This document shows, piece after piece, positions 25,335 to 36,346 of a stretch of 52,521 nt of DNA. The stretch's first letter is position 1; each line of letters starts with the position of its first letter. This DNA comes from Phenylobacterium sp. Lineage in GTDB: Bacteria > Pseudomonadota > Alphaproteobacteria > Caulobacterales > Caulobacteraceae. Where the stretch lies: positions 1-52,521 of the forward strand of contig NZ_JBILRO010000001.1 in assembly GCF_044372605.1 (NCBI RefSeq). Direction: 5' to 3'. Made by a program: the position numbers and the translations under genes. The notes under the pieces were generated by a model that did no database searches, was not told where the DNA came from, and was given only the letters and a program-made list of their open reading frames with translations.

Positions 25335-27257
25335 CTACACCGTAACCTGGGTGCCCATTTCGACCACGCGCCCGGGGGGGATCTTGTAGAAATCCGTCGG
25401 GTTGGCGGCGTTGCGCATCAGGAAGATGAACAGCTTGTCCTGCCACAGCGGCATGCCCGACTGGGCCGAGGGCACCACAGAGCGTCGCCCCAGGAAGAAG
25501 CTGGTGGCCATGATGTCGAACTTCAGGCCCTGTTTGCGGCAAAGGCCCAGCGCCTTGGGCACATTCGGGCTTTCCATGAACCCGTAGCCGATCACCACCT
25601 TCTTGAAGTCGTCATTGACCGGCAGGATCGTGATCCTGTCGTCATCGCGCACCCGGGGCGTTTCGGCGGTCATCAGCGTCAGGATGATGTTCTTCTCGTG
25701 CAGCACCTTGTTGTGCTTGAGGTTATGCATGAGAGCCACTGGGGCCACGTCGGGATCCGAGGTCAGAAAGATCGCTGTGCCTGGCGCTCGGTGCGGCGCG
25801 CGGGCCTTGAGGATGTCAACCAGCTCCAGTAGCGGCAGGCTGTCGCGGCGGCTCTTGTCGGCCAGGATCGCGGCGCCGCGGTTCCAGGTCCACATCACCA
25901 CCATCAGGGCCGCGCCCAGCACCAGCGGTAGCCAGGCGCCCTCGGGAATCTTCAGCAGGTTGGAAGAGATGAAGACGATATCGATGGCGCCGAAGAAGGT
26001 GCATGCCGCGATCGCCTGCCAAAGCGGGCGCTTCCACATGTACCGGATGATGTAGAAGAACAGCAGGGTGTCGACGAACATCGATCCGGTCACCGCGATC
26101 CCGTAGGCCGCCGCCAGATTCGACGAGTTCTGGAAGGTCACCAGCAGGGCCAGCACGCCGACCATCAGGAAGGTGTTGACCTGGGGCACGTAGATCTGGC
26201 CGGCCTGGGTCTCGCTCGTGCGCCGGATGTCGATCCGGGGGAACAGGCCCAGTTGCACGGCCTGCTGGGTCATGGAGAAGGCGCCGGTTATGACCGCCTG
26301 ACTGGCGATGACGGTAGCTACCGTCGCAAGGATCATGATCGGCCAGTAGGCAACCTGCGGGATCATGTCGAAGAACGGATCGGCGCGGGTTTCCGGATTG
26401 GCCAGCACCATGGCGCCCTGGCCCATGTAGTTCAGGAGCAGGGCGGGCAGCACGAGCGTCACCCAGGCCGCGCGGATCGGCCCCTTCCCGAAATGGCCCA
26501 TGTCGGCATAGAGCGCCTCGGCCCCGGTCACCGCCAGGAACACGCTGCCCAGGATGATGAAACCAAGGAAGCCATTATCCAGGAGGAACAGTACGCCGTA
26601 GGCGGGTGAAAGCGCCCGCAGGATCGAGACATCGTCAAAGATGTGGTAAATTCCAAGGCCGGCAAGGACGATGAACCACAAGGCCGTGATCGGTCCGAAG
26701 TAGCGCGCCATGCTGGCAGTGCCGCGCGACTGCACGAGAAACAGGCATATCAGGATCCCGGCCGAAATCGGCACGGCGAGAGAGGCGAAGCCCGGTCCGA
26801 CGCCCGGCGCCTTGCCGATGCCCTCGACCGCTGACAGCACGGACACCGCCGGCGTAAGGATGCCGTCGCCATAGAACAGCGCCGCGCCGGCCATGCCGAG
26901 GACGAAGATCACGGCGGAGCGGCCGCCCGGGCTCACCCGCTGCGCCAGGGCCATGAGGGCCAGCGTGCCGCCCTCGCCCTTGTTGTCGGCACGCATGAGG
27001 AACAAGACGTACTTCAGGGTCACGACGAGAATCAGCGCCCAGGTGATCAGGGAGATCACCCCCAGCACGGCCATCTCGCCACCACCGCCGCCCTTGCTGT
27101 GGGCCAGAGCCTCACGCATGGCATAGAGCGGGCTGGTCCCGATATCGCCGAACACAACGCCCACGGAACCTAGCGCAAGCGCCCAGAACTTGTCCTTGTG
27201 TGGCGGGTGGGAGGGTTCCCCGGACGCCTTGGAAGCGTCGACGGCCGTTTCAGCCAT
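25335..27257 (-). CDS. kup: Potassium uptake permease
   Basis: GVVFGDIGTSPLYA, ADNKGEGG, GAEALYADMGHFG, GQIYVP, HNLKHNKVLHE. Confidence 0.97.
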   Translation of the reverse strand: MAETAVDASKASGEPSHPPHKDKFWALALGSVGVVFGDIGTSPLYAMREALAHSKGGGGGEMAVLGVISLITWALILVVTLKYVLFLMRADNKGEGGTLALMALAQRVSPGGRSAVIFVLGMAGAALFYGDGILTPAVSVLSAVEGIGKAPGVGPGFASLAVPISAGILICLFLVQSRGTASMARYFGPITALWFIVLAGLGIYHIFDDVSILRALSPAYGVLFLLDNGFLGFIILGSVFLAVTGAEALYADMGHFGKGPIRAAWVTLVLPALLLNYMGQGAMVLANPETRADPFFDMIPQVAYWPIMILATVATVIASQAVITGAFSMTQQAVQLGLFPRIDIRRTSETQAGQIYVPQVNTFLMVGVLALLVTFQNSSNLAAAYGIAVTGSMFVDTLLFFYIIRYMWKRPLWQAIAACTFFGAIDIVFISSNLLKIPEGAWLPLVLGAALMVVMWTWNRGAAILADKSRRDSLPLLELVDILKARAPHRAPGTAIFLTSDPDVAPVALMHNLKHNKVLHEKNIILTLMTAETPRVRDDDRITILPVNDDFKKVVIGYGFMESPNVPKALGLCRKQGLKFDIMATSFFLGRRSVVPSAQSGMPLWQDKLFIFLMRNAANPTDFYKIPPGRVVEMGTQVTV

Positions 27258-27443
27258 CTGGTATCTCCGAGGCGATCTCGCGTTCGCCCCAAGGCGGCCC
27301 TATGCCGCAGCAGCGGGCGCGGATACACCCAAACTTGACGCCACACAATCGCGGCGCAACATCAATGTCGTCGCACGTTCATTCGCGCCCGGAACCGATC
27401 AGCGTCGCTTGCGGTTCGGGACCCAACAAATGCGGGAGTCGCA

Positions 27444-28238
27444 ATGGAACGCAAACTGGCCCTCGTTACAGGCGCTTCCGCAGGGATCGGCGCCGCATTT
27501 GCCCGGATTCTGGCGGGTCATGGTTACGATCTGGCGCTCACCGCGCGCCGCGGCGACCGGCTCGACGCCCTCGCAGAAGAGATTCGTCACCGGTTTGGCG
27601 TCGAGACCCTGACGGTGGTCGCTGATCTTGCCGAGCCCGAGGCGCCGGGTCAGATTCTGGATTACCTGACCGCCCATGGTCGGTCGGTCGACGCCCTGAT
27701 CAACAACGCCGGCTACGGCCTGACCGGAAGCTTTGGAGAGACGCGGTGGGCGGATCAGGCCGCCTTCATCCAGGTGATGATGACCGCGCCGTCCGAACTG
27801 GCGCATCGGGTGCTGGGCGGCATGCGGGACCGGCGGTTCGGACGGATCGTCAATGTGGCGTCGCTGGCGGGCCTGCTGCCCGGATCAAGCGGCCACACGC
27901 TCTATTCGGCCACCAAGGCCTACATGATCAAGTTCTCGCAGAGCCTGCACCTTGAGCTCGCCGCCGACGGCATACATGTCACGGCGCTGTGTCCGGGGCT
28001 GACCCATTCGGAGTTTCACGACGTCATCGGCGCCCGCGCGCAATACACGGCGGCCACCCCGCCCTGGCTGTGGCAGGGGGCCGACGAGGTGGCGGCCACC
28101 GGCTATGAAGCGGTAGAGGCCAATCGCGCGATCAGCATCCCCGGCGCGCCCAACAAGGCGATCTCGGTCATCGCCAAGCTGATCCCCGACGACTGGGCTT
28201 TGGCGCTGATGGCCTCCCAGGGGGGGAGGTTGCGGTAG
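27444..28238 (+). CDS. Short-chain dehydrogenase/reductase
   Basis: TGASAGIG, LINNAG, NVAS, YSATK catalytic motif. Confidence 0.92.
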   Translation: MERKLALVTGASAGIGAAFARILAGHGYDLALTARRGDRLDALAEEIRHRFGVETLTVVADLAEPEAPGQILDYLTAHGRSVDALINNAGYGLTGSFGETRWADQAAFIQVMMTAPSELAHRVLGGMRDRRFGRIVNVASLAGLLPGSSGHTLYSATKAYMIKFSQSLHLELAADGIHVTALCPGLTHSEFHDVIGARAQYTAATPPWLWQGADEVAATGYEAVEANRAISIPGAPNKAISVIAKLIPDDWALALMASQGGRLR

Positions 28239-28240
28239 AT

Positions 28241-28924
28241 CTAGTACGGGTGCGCCACGGTTGAGCGGATAAAGCCGGAGGTGCTGTCGGCGAGGCCCGC
28301 CAGGACGAACTGGATGGCCAGCGCGCAAAGGATCAGGCCCAGAACCCGGACCACCACCGTCAGGCCGATGCGGCCCAGGATCCGGGTCAGGATGGGTGTG
28401 GCGAGGAAGGACAGCAGGGTCGCCAGGGAGACCGCGCCGATCACGCCGAGGCCGACGGCCGCGCCGGCCAGCCCGAAAGCCTTGGCCTTGTCGGCATAGA
28501 TGATGACGCTGGAAATCGCGCCCGGACCGATCAACAGAGGCATGGCGAAGGGCACGATCATCCGCTCGAACCGCTTGCGCACAAAGGCCATGCCAACGCC
28601 GGTCTCGCCGTCGCCGTCGTCCCCGGAGAACTTGGCGCTGAAGTCGTCGCGAGCCATTTCCAGACCCATCAGAAACAGGATCACGCCGCCGGCGATCTTG
28701 AAGGCCGGCAAGGAGATACCGAAGAACTCCAGCAGCGACAGGCCGGTGAAATAGAAGAACGTCAGGAACCCCAGCACGAACAGGGACAGATAGAGCGCAA
28801 TCCACGCCCGCTCACGCCACTTCACCCCGCCCGTGGCCGCCGCAAACAAGGGCACATTGCCGATCGGATCGATCAGGGCGAACAGGGCGACGAAAAAGTT
28901 GACCGCGAACTCTGCCTGGCTCAT
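28241..28924 (-). CDS. MarC family integral membrane protein
   Basis: LFALIDPIGNVP, GISLPAF.IAGG, VPFAMPLLIGPGAI, R.LGLIL.A.A.QF. Confidence 0.92.
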   Translation of the reverse strand: MSQAEFAVNFFVALFALIDPIGNVPLFAAATGGVKWRERAWIALYLSLFVLGFLTFFYFTGLSLLEFFGISLPAFKIAGGVILFLMGLEMARDDFSAKFSGDDGDGETGVGMAFVRKRFERMIVPFAMPLLIGPGAISSVIIYADKAKAFGLAGAAVGLGVIGAVSLATLLSFLATPILTRILGRIGLTVVVRVLGLILCALAIQFVLAGLADSTSGFIRSTVAHPY

Positions 28925-28987
28925 CTCTCGCTCTTAGCCCAGATCACCTGCTGCGGACCACACCCCGCGCCACACCGGAGCCATGCC

Positions 28988-29716
28988 ATGGTCGCCGCCG
29001 CCACGCTTGCGCAATCTGCCGTCAAGGCTGACCCCAGATTGATCGTTCCGCTCGATCTGCCCACGGTCGCCGAGGCCCGCGAGATGGTGGCCGCGCTCGG
29101 CGACAGCATCAGTTTCTACAAGGTTGGCCTGGAACTGTTCGCAGGCGGTGAGGGTATGGCCCTGGCCGGCGAACTGAAGGCCGCCGGCAAGCAGGTATTC
29201 CTCGACTGGAAGCTGCACGACATCGGCACCACGGTTCAGCGGTCCGCCGCCGTGCTGGCCGGATCCGGGTGCGATTTCCTCACCGTGCACGGCGAGCCGC
29301 AGGTGATGGCCTCGGCGGTGCGCGGGCGCGGCGCCTCGGGCCTGAAGATTCTGGCGGTGACGGTGCTGACCAGCCTGTCCGATGAAGACCTGCACGAGGT
29401 GGGCTATCACGAAACCGCCCGCGCCCTGGTCGAGCGGCGGATCCATCAGGCCATCGAGACGGGCTGCGACGGCGTGGTGGCCAGCCCGCATGAGGCGGCG
29501 CTCGCTCGCGCGCTCGGCGGCAAGGACTTCCTGGTCGTTACGCCGGGCGTGCGCCCTGACTGGTCAGCGAAAAACGATCAGGCGCGCGCAGCCACGCCGC
29601 TGGACGCGCTACGGAACGGGGCCTCGCACATCGTCTGCGGTCGCCCGATCACGGCGGCGAATGATCCGCAGGCGGCCGCGCGGCGGGTGGCGGCGGAGAT
29701 GGCCGGCGGTTTGTGA
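28988..29716 (+). CDS. pyrF: Orotidine-5'-phosphate decarboxylase
   Basis: LIVPLD, YKVGLEL, FLDWKLHDIG.TV, VTVLTS, VTPGVRP, GRPIT. Confidence 0.97.
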   Translation: MVAAATLAQSAVKADPRLIVPLDLPTVAEAREMVAALGDSISFYKVGLELFAGGEGMALAGELKAAGKQVFLDWKLHDIGTTVQRSAAVLAGSGCDFLTVHGEPQVMASAVRGRGASGLKILAVTVLTSLSDEDLHEVGYHETARALVERRIHQAIETGCDGVVASPHEAALARALGGKDFLVVTPGVRPDWSAKNDQARAATPLDALRNGASHIVCGRPITAANDPQAAARRVAAEMAGGL

Positions 29717-29765
29717 TTTCTGTCAGTTTTCTGGCGTCGTAGCCAAAGCGCCCTGGAGTATCGTC

Positions 29766-30830
29766 ATGACCAAATCACTTCGCGCCTTTGGGGTCGGGCT
29801 GGCCGTAGCGGTTCTGCTCGGCGCGACGGGGGCCGCACAGGCCCGCGAAGCCTGCCCAAGCGATCCGGGCGGCGACGTCCTTGCAACCGCCCAGGCCCAG
29901 GCGTTCCTCAAGACCCTCACGCCCCTTCAGCAGGTCGTGGCGGTACGTGGCTATGGCAAGGTCGCAGCCATTCGCTGGTCGAACCTGCCGATCGCGTTTG
30001 CTCCCCGGGTGGGTATTCGACTCGGTGACCTGACCGCAACCCAGGCCTCAGCCGCCGACGCCCTGCTGCGGACGGCACTCAGCCAGTGCGGCCTGAAGCT
30101 GCTGGCCGACATCCGCGCCGCCGATAGCGTGTTGATGCCGCTGGATACCAACGGCATCGGCTGGAACCCCGCCAACTACTATATCGCTTTGATCGGCGAG
30201 CCGTCCGCCGCCAAACCCTGGATCCTCAAGGTGGACGGCCACCACATGGCCTACAACATCACCTTCAATGGCGCTCAGGTCAGCGCCACACCTCTGTTCG
30301 ACGGCGTCGAGCCGGTGCGTTTCACGGCAGGTGGTCGTGACTATGCCCCCCTGGCGGTCCAAGCGGACGCGATGCGGGCCCTGGCCACCGCCGTCGCCGG
30401 AGCGCCTCAAGCCTGGCTCGAGGGTGAATTCCGTGATGTGACACGTGGCGCCACGAACGATGGGGACACCAATTTTCCCATCACCTATCCCGACGGTACG
30501 GTTGGGCGCGGCGTCCCCTACGCAAAACTGACCGCCGCCCAGAAAGGCCTGGTCCGGGACGCCTTGGCAGCCTGGGTCGACCTACCCAATTCGGCGATCT
30601 CGGCGCCGTTGATGGCGAGCTATCTTCAGGACGCCGCCCTGGCGGATACCTTCGTGGGTATCGCCGGCAGTCCCGATCTCTCGAAGCCAGGTTCCTACGT
30701 CCGAATTGACGGGCCGCGCCTCTGGATCGAATTTGTCGTGCAGTTCGGCGCGCGCGATCCAACGGGCGTCCATTACCACACCATCTGGCGCGACAAGGTC
30801 GCCGACTACGGCGGAGCATTCGCGCATTGA
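29766..30830 (+). CDS. Secreted DUF3500-like protein
   Basis: Signal peptide (GAAQA), WSNLP, YYIA.IGEPS, GHHMAYN, YVRIDGP.LWIEF..Q, HYHTIWRD..DYG. Confidence 0.78.
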   Translation: MTKSLRAFGVGLAVAVLLGATGAAQAREACPSDPGGDVLATAQAQAFLKTLTPLQQVVAVRGYGKVAAIRWSNLPIAFAPRVGIRLGDLTATQASAADALLRTALSQCGLKLLADIRAADSVLMPLDTNGIGWNPANYYIALIGEPSAAKPWILKVDGHHMAYNITFNGAQVSATPLFDGVEPVRFTAGGRDYAPLAVQADAMRALATAVAGAPQAWLEGEFRDVTRGATNDGDTNFPITYPDGTVGRGVPYAKLTAAQKGLVRDALAAWVDLPNSAISAPLMASYLQDAALADTFVGIAGSPDLSKPGSYVRIDGPRLWIEFVVQFGARDPTGVHYHTIWRDKVADYGGAFAH

Positions 30831-31312
30831 GGGGCGCACTGGTCTTCGCGCTGGCCCTGACGGTTCCGGCGGCCCACGCTGGGGCCCACACAATGCCAAA
30901 CTCAACCGTTGTAGTGGAGCAGGTGTCGGCGCAGTCGGTACGGCTGGCTCTCGCCATCCCGTTGTCGGAACTGGCCGCAGCCCTCGGTCGCCCGGCTGAT
31001 TCACAGGCTGACATCTCGGCGGAACTCTCCCGATACCTGAATCAGCACGTCAGCGTCGTCAGCGCTGACGGTCTGCCCTGGCTCGCCAAACTCGAGGACA
31101 TGGCAAGCGCCGATGGCGAACATCTGGTGATGGTGATTGTGCTGAGCTTTACGCCGCCACCGGGCGCGTCATCGTCGCCCGCCCGCCTCCGCTACGACGC
31201 CATCAACCACCAGGTCGCGAGCCACTATGCGCTGGTCTACCACCGCGTCGGCGGAAAGCTGGTCCCGCTGGGTCGGCTACAGTCGCCCGCAACCACGCTG
31301 ACGCTGCCCTAG
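30827..31312 (+). CDS. Secreted hypothetical protein resembling the soluble N-terminal domain of HupE/UreJ-associated proteins
   Basis: TTG start overlaps the upstream stop (TTGA). Signal peptide, then AHTMPNS; L..P..EL, YL..H and LRYDAI.HQV.SH motifs. Confidence 0.6.
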   Translation: MRGALVFALALTVPAAHAGAHTMPNSTVVVEQVSAQSVRLALAIPLSELAAALGRPADSQADISAELSRYLNQHVSVVSADGLPWLAKLEDMASADGEHLVMVIVLSFTPPPGASSSPARLRYDAINHQVASHYALVYHRVGGKLVPLGRLQSPATTLTLP

Positions 31313-31503
31313 AAATCTACCGCAATGCCCTTGCGTTCCCAGTCGCCGAAGCGGGTGGGTTCCGGGCCTTTCGGGCCGCCCTGCTCTGGCTCCAGCGCAG
31401 CGGTCTCCGCGGCCAGACGACGGGCCTCAGCTTCCTCGAGAGCCCGGCGCGCGGCGGGGCTGAGGTCCTTGCCGGGTGCGGCGTTGTTGGGTGAATTGTC
31501 CAT
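31309..31503 (-). CDS. DUF1674 (SDHAF4-like) small protein
   Basis: AARRALEEAEARR and C-terminal EQGGPKGPEPTRFGDWERKGIAVDF signature. Confidence 0.9.
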   Translation of the reverse strand: MDNSPNNAAPGKDLSPAARRALEEAEARRLAAETAALEPEQGGPKGPEPTRFGDWERKGIAVDF

Positions 31504-31557
31504 GGCCCTCCTTCTAATCCCTTGCGCACCAGCTTCCAAGCAGGCACGCCGCGCGCC

Positions 31558-32865
31558 GTGACTGACATTGAAAACACCTCCGAACCACACGCCGACGTCC
31601 GCGGCCTCCCCGCACGGGCCGCCGCGCTCCAGCTCCTGACCACGGCCCTGTCGCGACGCGCGGGTCTGGAAGAGGGCCTGAACCTGCCGGGTATGACCGC
31701 CCTGGAGCCCCGCGACCGCGCCTTCGCCCGCGCCCTGGTGATGGCGACCCTGCGCTGGCTGAGGCCGATCGATACGGTCCTGCAGTCGCGCCTCAAGAAG
31801 ACGCCCCCCGATGCGATCGTCCATGTCCTGCGCCTGGGCGCGGTGCAGCTGCTGGTCTTGAAGACCCCGGCGCACGCGGCGGTGGGCGCAACGGTCGACC
31901 TGGCGGCGGCGCAGAGCGGCGGTCATGTGTTCAAGGGCCTGGTCAACGCTGTGCTGCGCGGCCTGATCCGCGAGCCGCCGGTACTGGAAGCCCCCTCCCC
32001 GCCGGACTGGCTGCAGGCCCGCTGGCAGATCGCCTATGGTCATGACGCGGCCGACGCCATGGCGGCCATGATCGGCGAGGAGCCGGCCACCGATCTGACG
32101 CTGAAATCTGGCGGCGACGCTGCGGATCTGGCCGGGCCACTGGAGGCGGAGGTGCTGACCGGGGGTAGCCTGCGCGTGGGCCTCAAGGGCGAGGTCTCGG
32201 GCTGGCCCGGGTTCGCCGAGGGCCGCTGGTGGATCCAGGACGCCTCGGCGGCCATCCCGGCGCGGTTGTTGGCCATGCAGCCCGGCGAGACCGCGCTGGA
32301 CCTTTGCGCCGCGCCCGGCGGCAAGACGATGCAGCTCGCCGCGACCGGCGCCCGCGTGACGGCGCTGGACCGCTCGGCGGGCCGCATGAAGCGGATCTCG
32401 GAAAATCTTGCCCGCGCCGGGCTCGAGGCCGAGGTCCTGGTGGGCGACGCCGCCGACTGGCGCGACAACCGTACCTTTGACGCTGTGCTGCTGGACGCGC
32501 CCTGTTCGGCCACAGGCACCTATCGCCGCCACCCCGATGTTCTGTGGGTGGCGAGCCCGCAGGACATTCCGCGCCTCGCCAGCGTCCAGACCCGCCTTCT
32601 GGCCAGCGTGGCCAGGCGCGTGAAGCCCGGTGGGCGGCTGGTCTACTGCGTGTGTTCGCTGGAAATGGAGGAGGGAGAAGGCCAGGTGGCGACCTTCCTG
32701 TCGCGCACCCCCGACTTCACCCTGGACCCGATCCAGCCCGGCGAAGGCGGTGCGCCCGAGGCCAGCCTGCGCGCCGACGGCACGCTCCGGATCCTGCCGC
32801 ATCACCGCGCAGGCGGGACCGACGGCTTCTACATCGCCCGGATGCGCCGCGCCGGTCAGGCCTGA
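31558..32865 (+). CDS. rsmB: RsmB/Sun family RNA m5C methyltransferase with NusB-like N-terminal domain
   Basis: IQDASA, DLCAAPGGKT, DAVLLDAPCSATG..RRHPD, YCVCSL..EEGE, DGFY. Confidence 0.85.
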   Translation: MTDIENTSEPHADVRGLPARAAALQLLTTALSRRAGLEEGLNLPGMTALEPRDRAFARALVMATLRWLRPIDTVLQSRLKKTPPDAIVHVLRLGAVQLLVLKTPAHAAVGATVDLAAAQSGGHVFKGLVNAVLRGLIREPPVLEAPSPPDWLQARWQIAYGHDAADAMAAMIGEEPATDLTLKSGGDAADLAGPLEAEVLTGGSLRVGLKGEVSGWPGFAEGRWWIQDASAAIPARLLAMQPGETALDLCAAPGGKTMQLAATGARVTALDRSAGRMKRISENLARAGLEAEVLVGDAADWRDNRTFDAVLLDAPCSATGTYRRHPDVLWVASPQDIPRLASVQTRLLASVARRVKPGGRLVYCVCSLEMEEGEGQVATFLSRTPDFTLDPIQPGEGGAPEASLRADGTLRILPHHRAGGTDGFYIARMRRAGQA

Positions 32866-33602
32866 CCGCAAACCGGGCAATCCGGGTCGCCAGCCACCCT
32901 CACGGTGCGCGTCTCCGCCGCCAGCGCATCGTAGATCAGCAACCGCCCGGACAAGGTCTCGCCCGCGCCGGTGATCAGCTTTATCGCTTCCAGCGCCATC
33001 ATCGATCCGATCACGCCGGCCAGGGCGCCGATGACGCCGACCGCCGCGCAGGTTTCCGCATCGGGCGGGATCTCCGGCACAAGGCAGCGATAGCAGGGCT
33101 TGCGGCCGAACACGCCCACCTGGCCCGTCCAGCGGCCGATGGCGCCGGACACCAGCGGTATTCCATGCTGCACACAGGCCGCGTTGACGCTGAAGCGGAC
33201 CGCGAAGTTGTCCGTGCCATCCAAAACGAGATCGACGCCATCGAGAAGCGCGTCGGCCGTCGTGTCATCAAAAGCCTGGTTCAGGGCCGTGACGGCGACA
33301 TTCGAGTTCAGGCCCTGGAGACGTTCGGCCGAGGCGTCGACCTTTGATCGTCCGCGATCGGCGCCGGCGTAGATGATCTGGCGCTGCAGGTTCGAGAGGT
33401 CGACGACATCCGGATCAACGATCCGGATCGACCCGACGCCGGCTGCGGCGAGGTAGAGCGCCGCCGGCGCGCCAAGTCCGCCGGCGCCCACGATCAGCAC
33501 TGTGGCGGCCTTCAGCTTTTGCTGGCCGGGCCCACCGACTTCCCGCAGCACCAGGTGGCGGGCATAGCGTTCGATCTCGTCGTCGGTGAATTGGGCGCCC
33601 AT
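32856..33602 (-). CDS. HesA/MoeB/ThiF family adenylyltransferase
   Basis: [32 protein letters not shown] and C-terminal CPVC Zn motifs. Confidence 0.92.
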   Translation of the reverse strand: MGAQFTDDEIERYARHLVLREVGGPGQQKLKAATVLIVGAGGLGAPAALYLAAAGVGSIRIVDPDVVDLSNLQRQIIYAGADRGRSKVDASAERLQGLNSNVAVTALNQAFDDTTADALLDGVDLVLDGTDNFAVRFSVNAACVQHGIPLVSGAIGRWTGQVGVFGRKPCYRCLVPEIPPDAETCAAVGVIGALAGVIGSMMALEAIKLITGAGETLSGRLLIYDALAAETRTVRVAGDPDCPVCGQA

Positions 33603-33617
33603 GATTTGGTACTTTCG

Positions 33618-33646
33618 CTTGACCGATGGGGTCGCGAACCCGACAT
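33618..33646 (+). promoter_or_regulatory. Candidate sigma32 promoter of hslVU
   Basis: CTTGAC-N16-CCGACAT ending 7 nt before the hslV ATG; hslVU is a classic heat-shock operon. Confidence 0.5.
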
Positions 33647-33653
33647 CGCAGCC

Positions 33654-34205
33654 ATGTCGAATACCTCAGCCTTCCCCGATTGGCACGGGACCACGATCCT
33701 CGCAGTGCGCAAAGGGGGCAAGACCGTAGTAGCCGGAGACGGCCAGGTGTCCATGGGCCCGACCATCGTCAAGGGCACGGCGAAGAAGGTCCGCAAACTG
33801 GCCGGCGGCAAGGTGATCGCCGGCTTCGCCGGCTCCACCGCAGACGCCTTCACCCTGATCGAGCGGCTGGAAGCCAAGCTGGAGCAATATCCCGAGCAAC
33901 TGGCGCGGGCCTGTGTGGACCTGGCCAAGGATTGGCGGACGGATCGCTATCTGCGCCGGCTGGAGGCCATGTTGCTGGTGGCCGACAAGGATCAGATCTT
34001 CACCGTCACCGGCGTGGGCGACGTGCTGGAGCCTGAACACGCCGTGGCCGCCATCGGCTCCGGCGGCAACTACGCGCTCGCCGCCGCGCGGGCCTTGTCG
34101 GACGTGGACGGCCTGGATGCGGAAGCCGTGGCGCGCCGCGCCATGGGGATCGCCGCCGAGATCTGCGTCTACACCAACGGGGAGCTGACGGTTGAGGTGC
34201 TCTGA
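33654..34205 (+). CDS. hslV: ATP-dependent protease peptidase subunit
   Basis: Propeptide, then TTILAVRK (catalytic Thr), [21 protein letters not shown]. Confidence 0.97.
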   Translation: MSNTSAFPDWHGTTILAVRKGGKTVVAGDGQVSMGPTIVKGTAKKVRKLAGGKVIAGFAGSTADAFTLIERLEAKLEQYPEQLARACVDLAKDWRTDRYLRRLEAMLLVADKDQIFTVTGVGDVLEPEHAVAAIGSGGNYALAAARALSDVDGLDAEAVARRAMGIAAEICVYTNGELTVEVL

Positions 34206-34253
34206 CGCGGCCCACGGCCTCGCCTTTGTTCCAATCGTGACTATCTGAGCGCC

Positions 34254-35558
34254 ATGACCGAGTTTTCCCCCCGCGAGATCGTTTCCGAGCTCGACCGCTT
34301 CATCGTCGGCCAGGACGACGCCAAGCGCGCCGTGGCCGTGGCGTTGCGCAATCGTTGGCGCCGCCGGCGCGTGCCGGACGATCTGCGCGATGAGGTGACA
34401 CCGAAGAACATCCTGATGATCGGCCCCACCGGCGTCGGCAAGACCGAGATCGCGCGCAGGCTGGCCAAGCTCGCGCAGGCGCCGTTCCTGAAGGTCGAAG
34501 CCACCAAGTTCACCGAGGTCGGCTATGTGGGCCGCGACGTGGACCAGATCGTTCGTGATCTGGTGGAGAGCGCAATCCAGATGGTGCGCGAGAAACGCCG
34601 CGCGGGCGTGCGCGCCCGCGCCGAGGCCGCCGCCGAGGAACGCATTCTTGATGCGTTGACGGGACCGGGTTCCACGGCTGCCCGCGAGAGTTTTCGCAAG
34701 AAGCTACGGGCGGGCGAGCTCGATGACCGCGAGGTCGAGCTGACCCTGGCCGAGAGCGGTCCGGCCATGCCCATGATGGACATTCCCGGCCAGCCCGGAT
34801 CGCAGATGGGCCTCCTCAACATCGGCGAGATGTTCGGCAAGGCGTTTGGGGGCCGCACCAAGACCCACAAGACCACGGTGGCCGGGGCCTGGGCGCCGCT
34901 GATCGCCGAAGAGGGCGACAAGCTGGTGGATCAGGATGCGCTGACCACCGAGGCGATGGAGCTGGCCGAGAACCAGGGCATCGTATTCCTGGACGAGATC
35001 GACAAGGTGGCGTCCAGTCGCGAACGCCAGGGCGCGGATGTGTCCCGCGAGGGGGTGCAGCGCGATCTGTTGCCGCTGATCGAGGGCACCACGGTCTCCA
35101 CCAAATATGGACCGGTGAAGACCGACCATATTCTGTTCATCGCGTCCGGCGCCTTCCACGTGGCCAAGCCCTCGGACCTGCTGCCGGAGCTGCAGGGCCG
35201 TCTGCCGATCCGGGTGGAGTTGAAGGCGCTCAGCCGCCAGGACATGCGGCGCATCCTGACCGAACCGGAAGCCAATCTGGTTCGCCAGCATCAGGCGCTG
35301 ATGCTCACCGAGAATGTGACGCTGACCTTCGATGCCGGCGCCCTTGACGCCATCGCCGACGCCGCCGTGGCTGTGAACAGCGCGGTTGAAAACATCGGCG
35401 CGCGCCGCCTGCAGACCATCCTGGAGAAGGTCATGGAGGAGATCAGCTTCTCAGCGGCCGACAAGTCCGGCGAGACGGTGGTGATCGACGCGGCCTATGT
35501 CGAGACGCGCATCGGCGACCTTGCGCGCAACGCCGACCTCTCGAAGTTCATTCTGTAG
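34254..35558 (+). CDS. hslU: ATP-dependent protease ATPase subunit
   Basis: [36 protein letters not shown]-terminal DLSKFIL. Confidence 0.98.
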   Translation: MTEFSPREIVSELDRFIVGQDDAKRAVAVALRNRWRRRRVPDDLRDEVTPKNILMIGPTGVGKTEIARRLAKLAQAPFLKVEATKFTEVGYVGRDVDQIVRDLVESAIQMVREKRRAGVRARAEAAAEERILDALTGPGSTAARESFRKKLRAGELDDREVELTLAESGPAMPMMDIPGQPGSQMGLLNIGEMFGKAFGGRTKTHKTTVAGAWAPLIAEEGDKLVDQDALTTEAMELAENQGIVFLDEIDKVASSRERQGADVSREGVQRDLLPLIEGTTVSTKYGPVKTDHILFIASGAFHVAKPSDLLPELQGRLPIRVELKALSRQDMRRILTEPEANLVRQHQALMLTENVTLTFDAGALDAIADAAVAVNSAVENIGARRLQTILEKVMEEISFSAADKSGETVVIDAAYVETRIGDLARNADLSKFIL

Positions 35559-35569
35559 GGGCCAGCTGG

Positions 35570-36346
35570 ATGTGCGTCCGCTGTGAGTCAGGATTATCGC
35601 GGCGTGGCCTGATGGCGGCGCTGGCGGCAGCGGGCCTGGCCGGTTGCAGCCAGAACGCGGAGACCGGGCGGCGTCAGCTGGTGGTGGTGTCCGACGCCCA
35701 ACTGGTCGAGATGGCCAATGCGTCCTGGGATCAGATCGTGGCGGCAACGCCGCCCGTGCGCGACCCGGCGGTCCAGGCCCGGCTGGCCCGGATCGGCAGG
35801 CCTCTGGCCCGCGCCGCAAACCGGCCCGACCTGAGCTGGTCGTTCACTGTGCTGGACTCGCCGGACCTCAACGCCTTCGTCCTGCCCAATGGACGCGTGG
35901 GCTTCTTCAAGGGCTTGCTGGATCTGGCTCGAAGCGATGACGAGGTGGGTTCGGTGCTGGGCCACGAGATCGGGCACATCCTCGCGCGCCATCCCGCCGA
36001 ACGCGTCAGCCATCAGTTGGCGGCGCAGGCCGGCGTCACTCTGGCGCAGCTTTTCATGTCCGGCGGGGACAACGCCCAGTACGCCGACGAAGTGGGGGCG
36101 GCCCTGGGCCTCGGCGCCCAGTTCGGCGTGATCCTGCCCTATGCCCGCAGCCACGAGCTGGAGGCCGACCGCATCGGGGTTAGCCTGATGCGCAAGGCCG
36201 GCATGAACCCCGCCGCCGCGGTTACGTTCTGGGAGCGCATGAGCCGCGCCGCCCGTTCTGGCGATCAACCGCCTGAGGTACTGTCCACGCACCCTGCGGA
36301 CGGGCGACGGATCGAGGAACTCAAAGCCGCGGTAGCTGAAGCCTAG
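35570..36346 (+). CDS. M48 family zinc metallopeptidase, lipoprotein
   Basis: RR-containing signal with lipobox LAGC; NAF.LP.G, HEIGH, ELEAD..G, LSTHP. Confidence 0.9.
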   Translation: MCVRCESGLSRRGLMAALAAAGLAGCSQNAETGRRQLVVVSDAQLVEMANASWDQIVAATPPVRDPAVQARLARIGRPLARAANRPDLSWSFTVLDSPDLNAFVLPNGRVGFFKGLLDLARSDDEVGSVLGHEIGHILARHPAERVSHQLAAQAGVTLAQLFMSGGDNAQYADEVGAALGLGAQFGVILPYARSHELEADRIGVSLMRKAGMNPAAAVTFWERMSRAARSGDQPPEVLSTHPADGRRIEELKAAVAEA

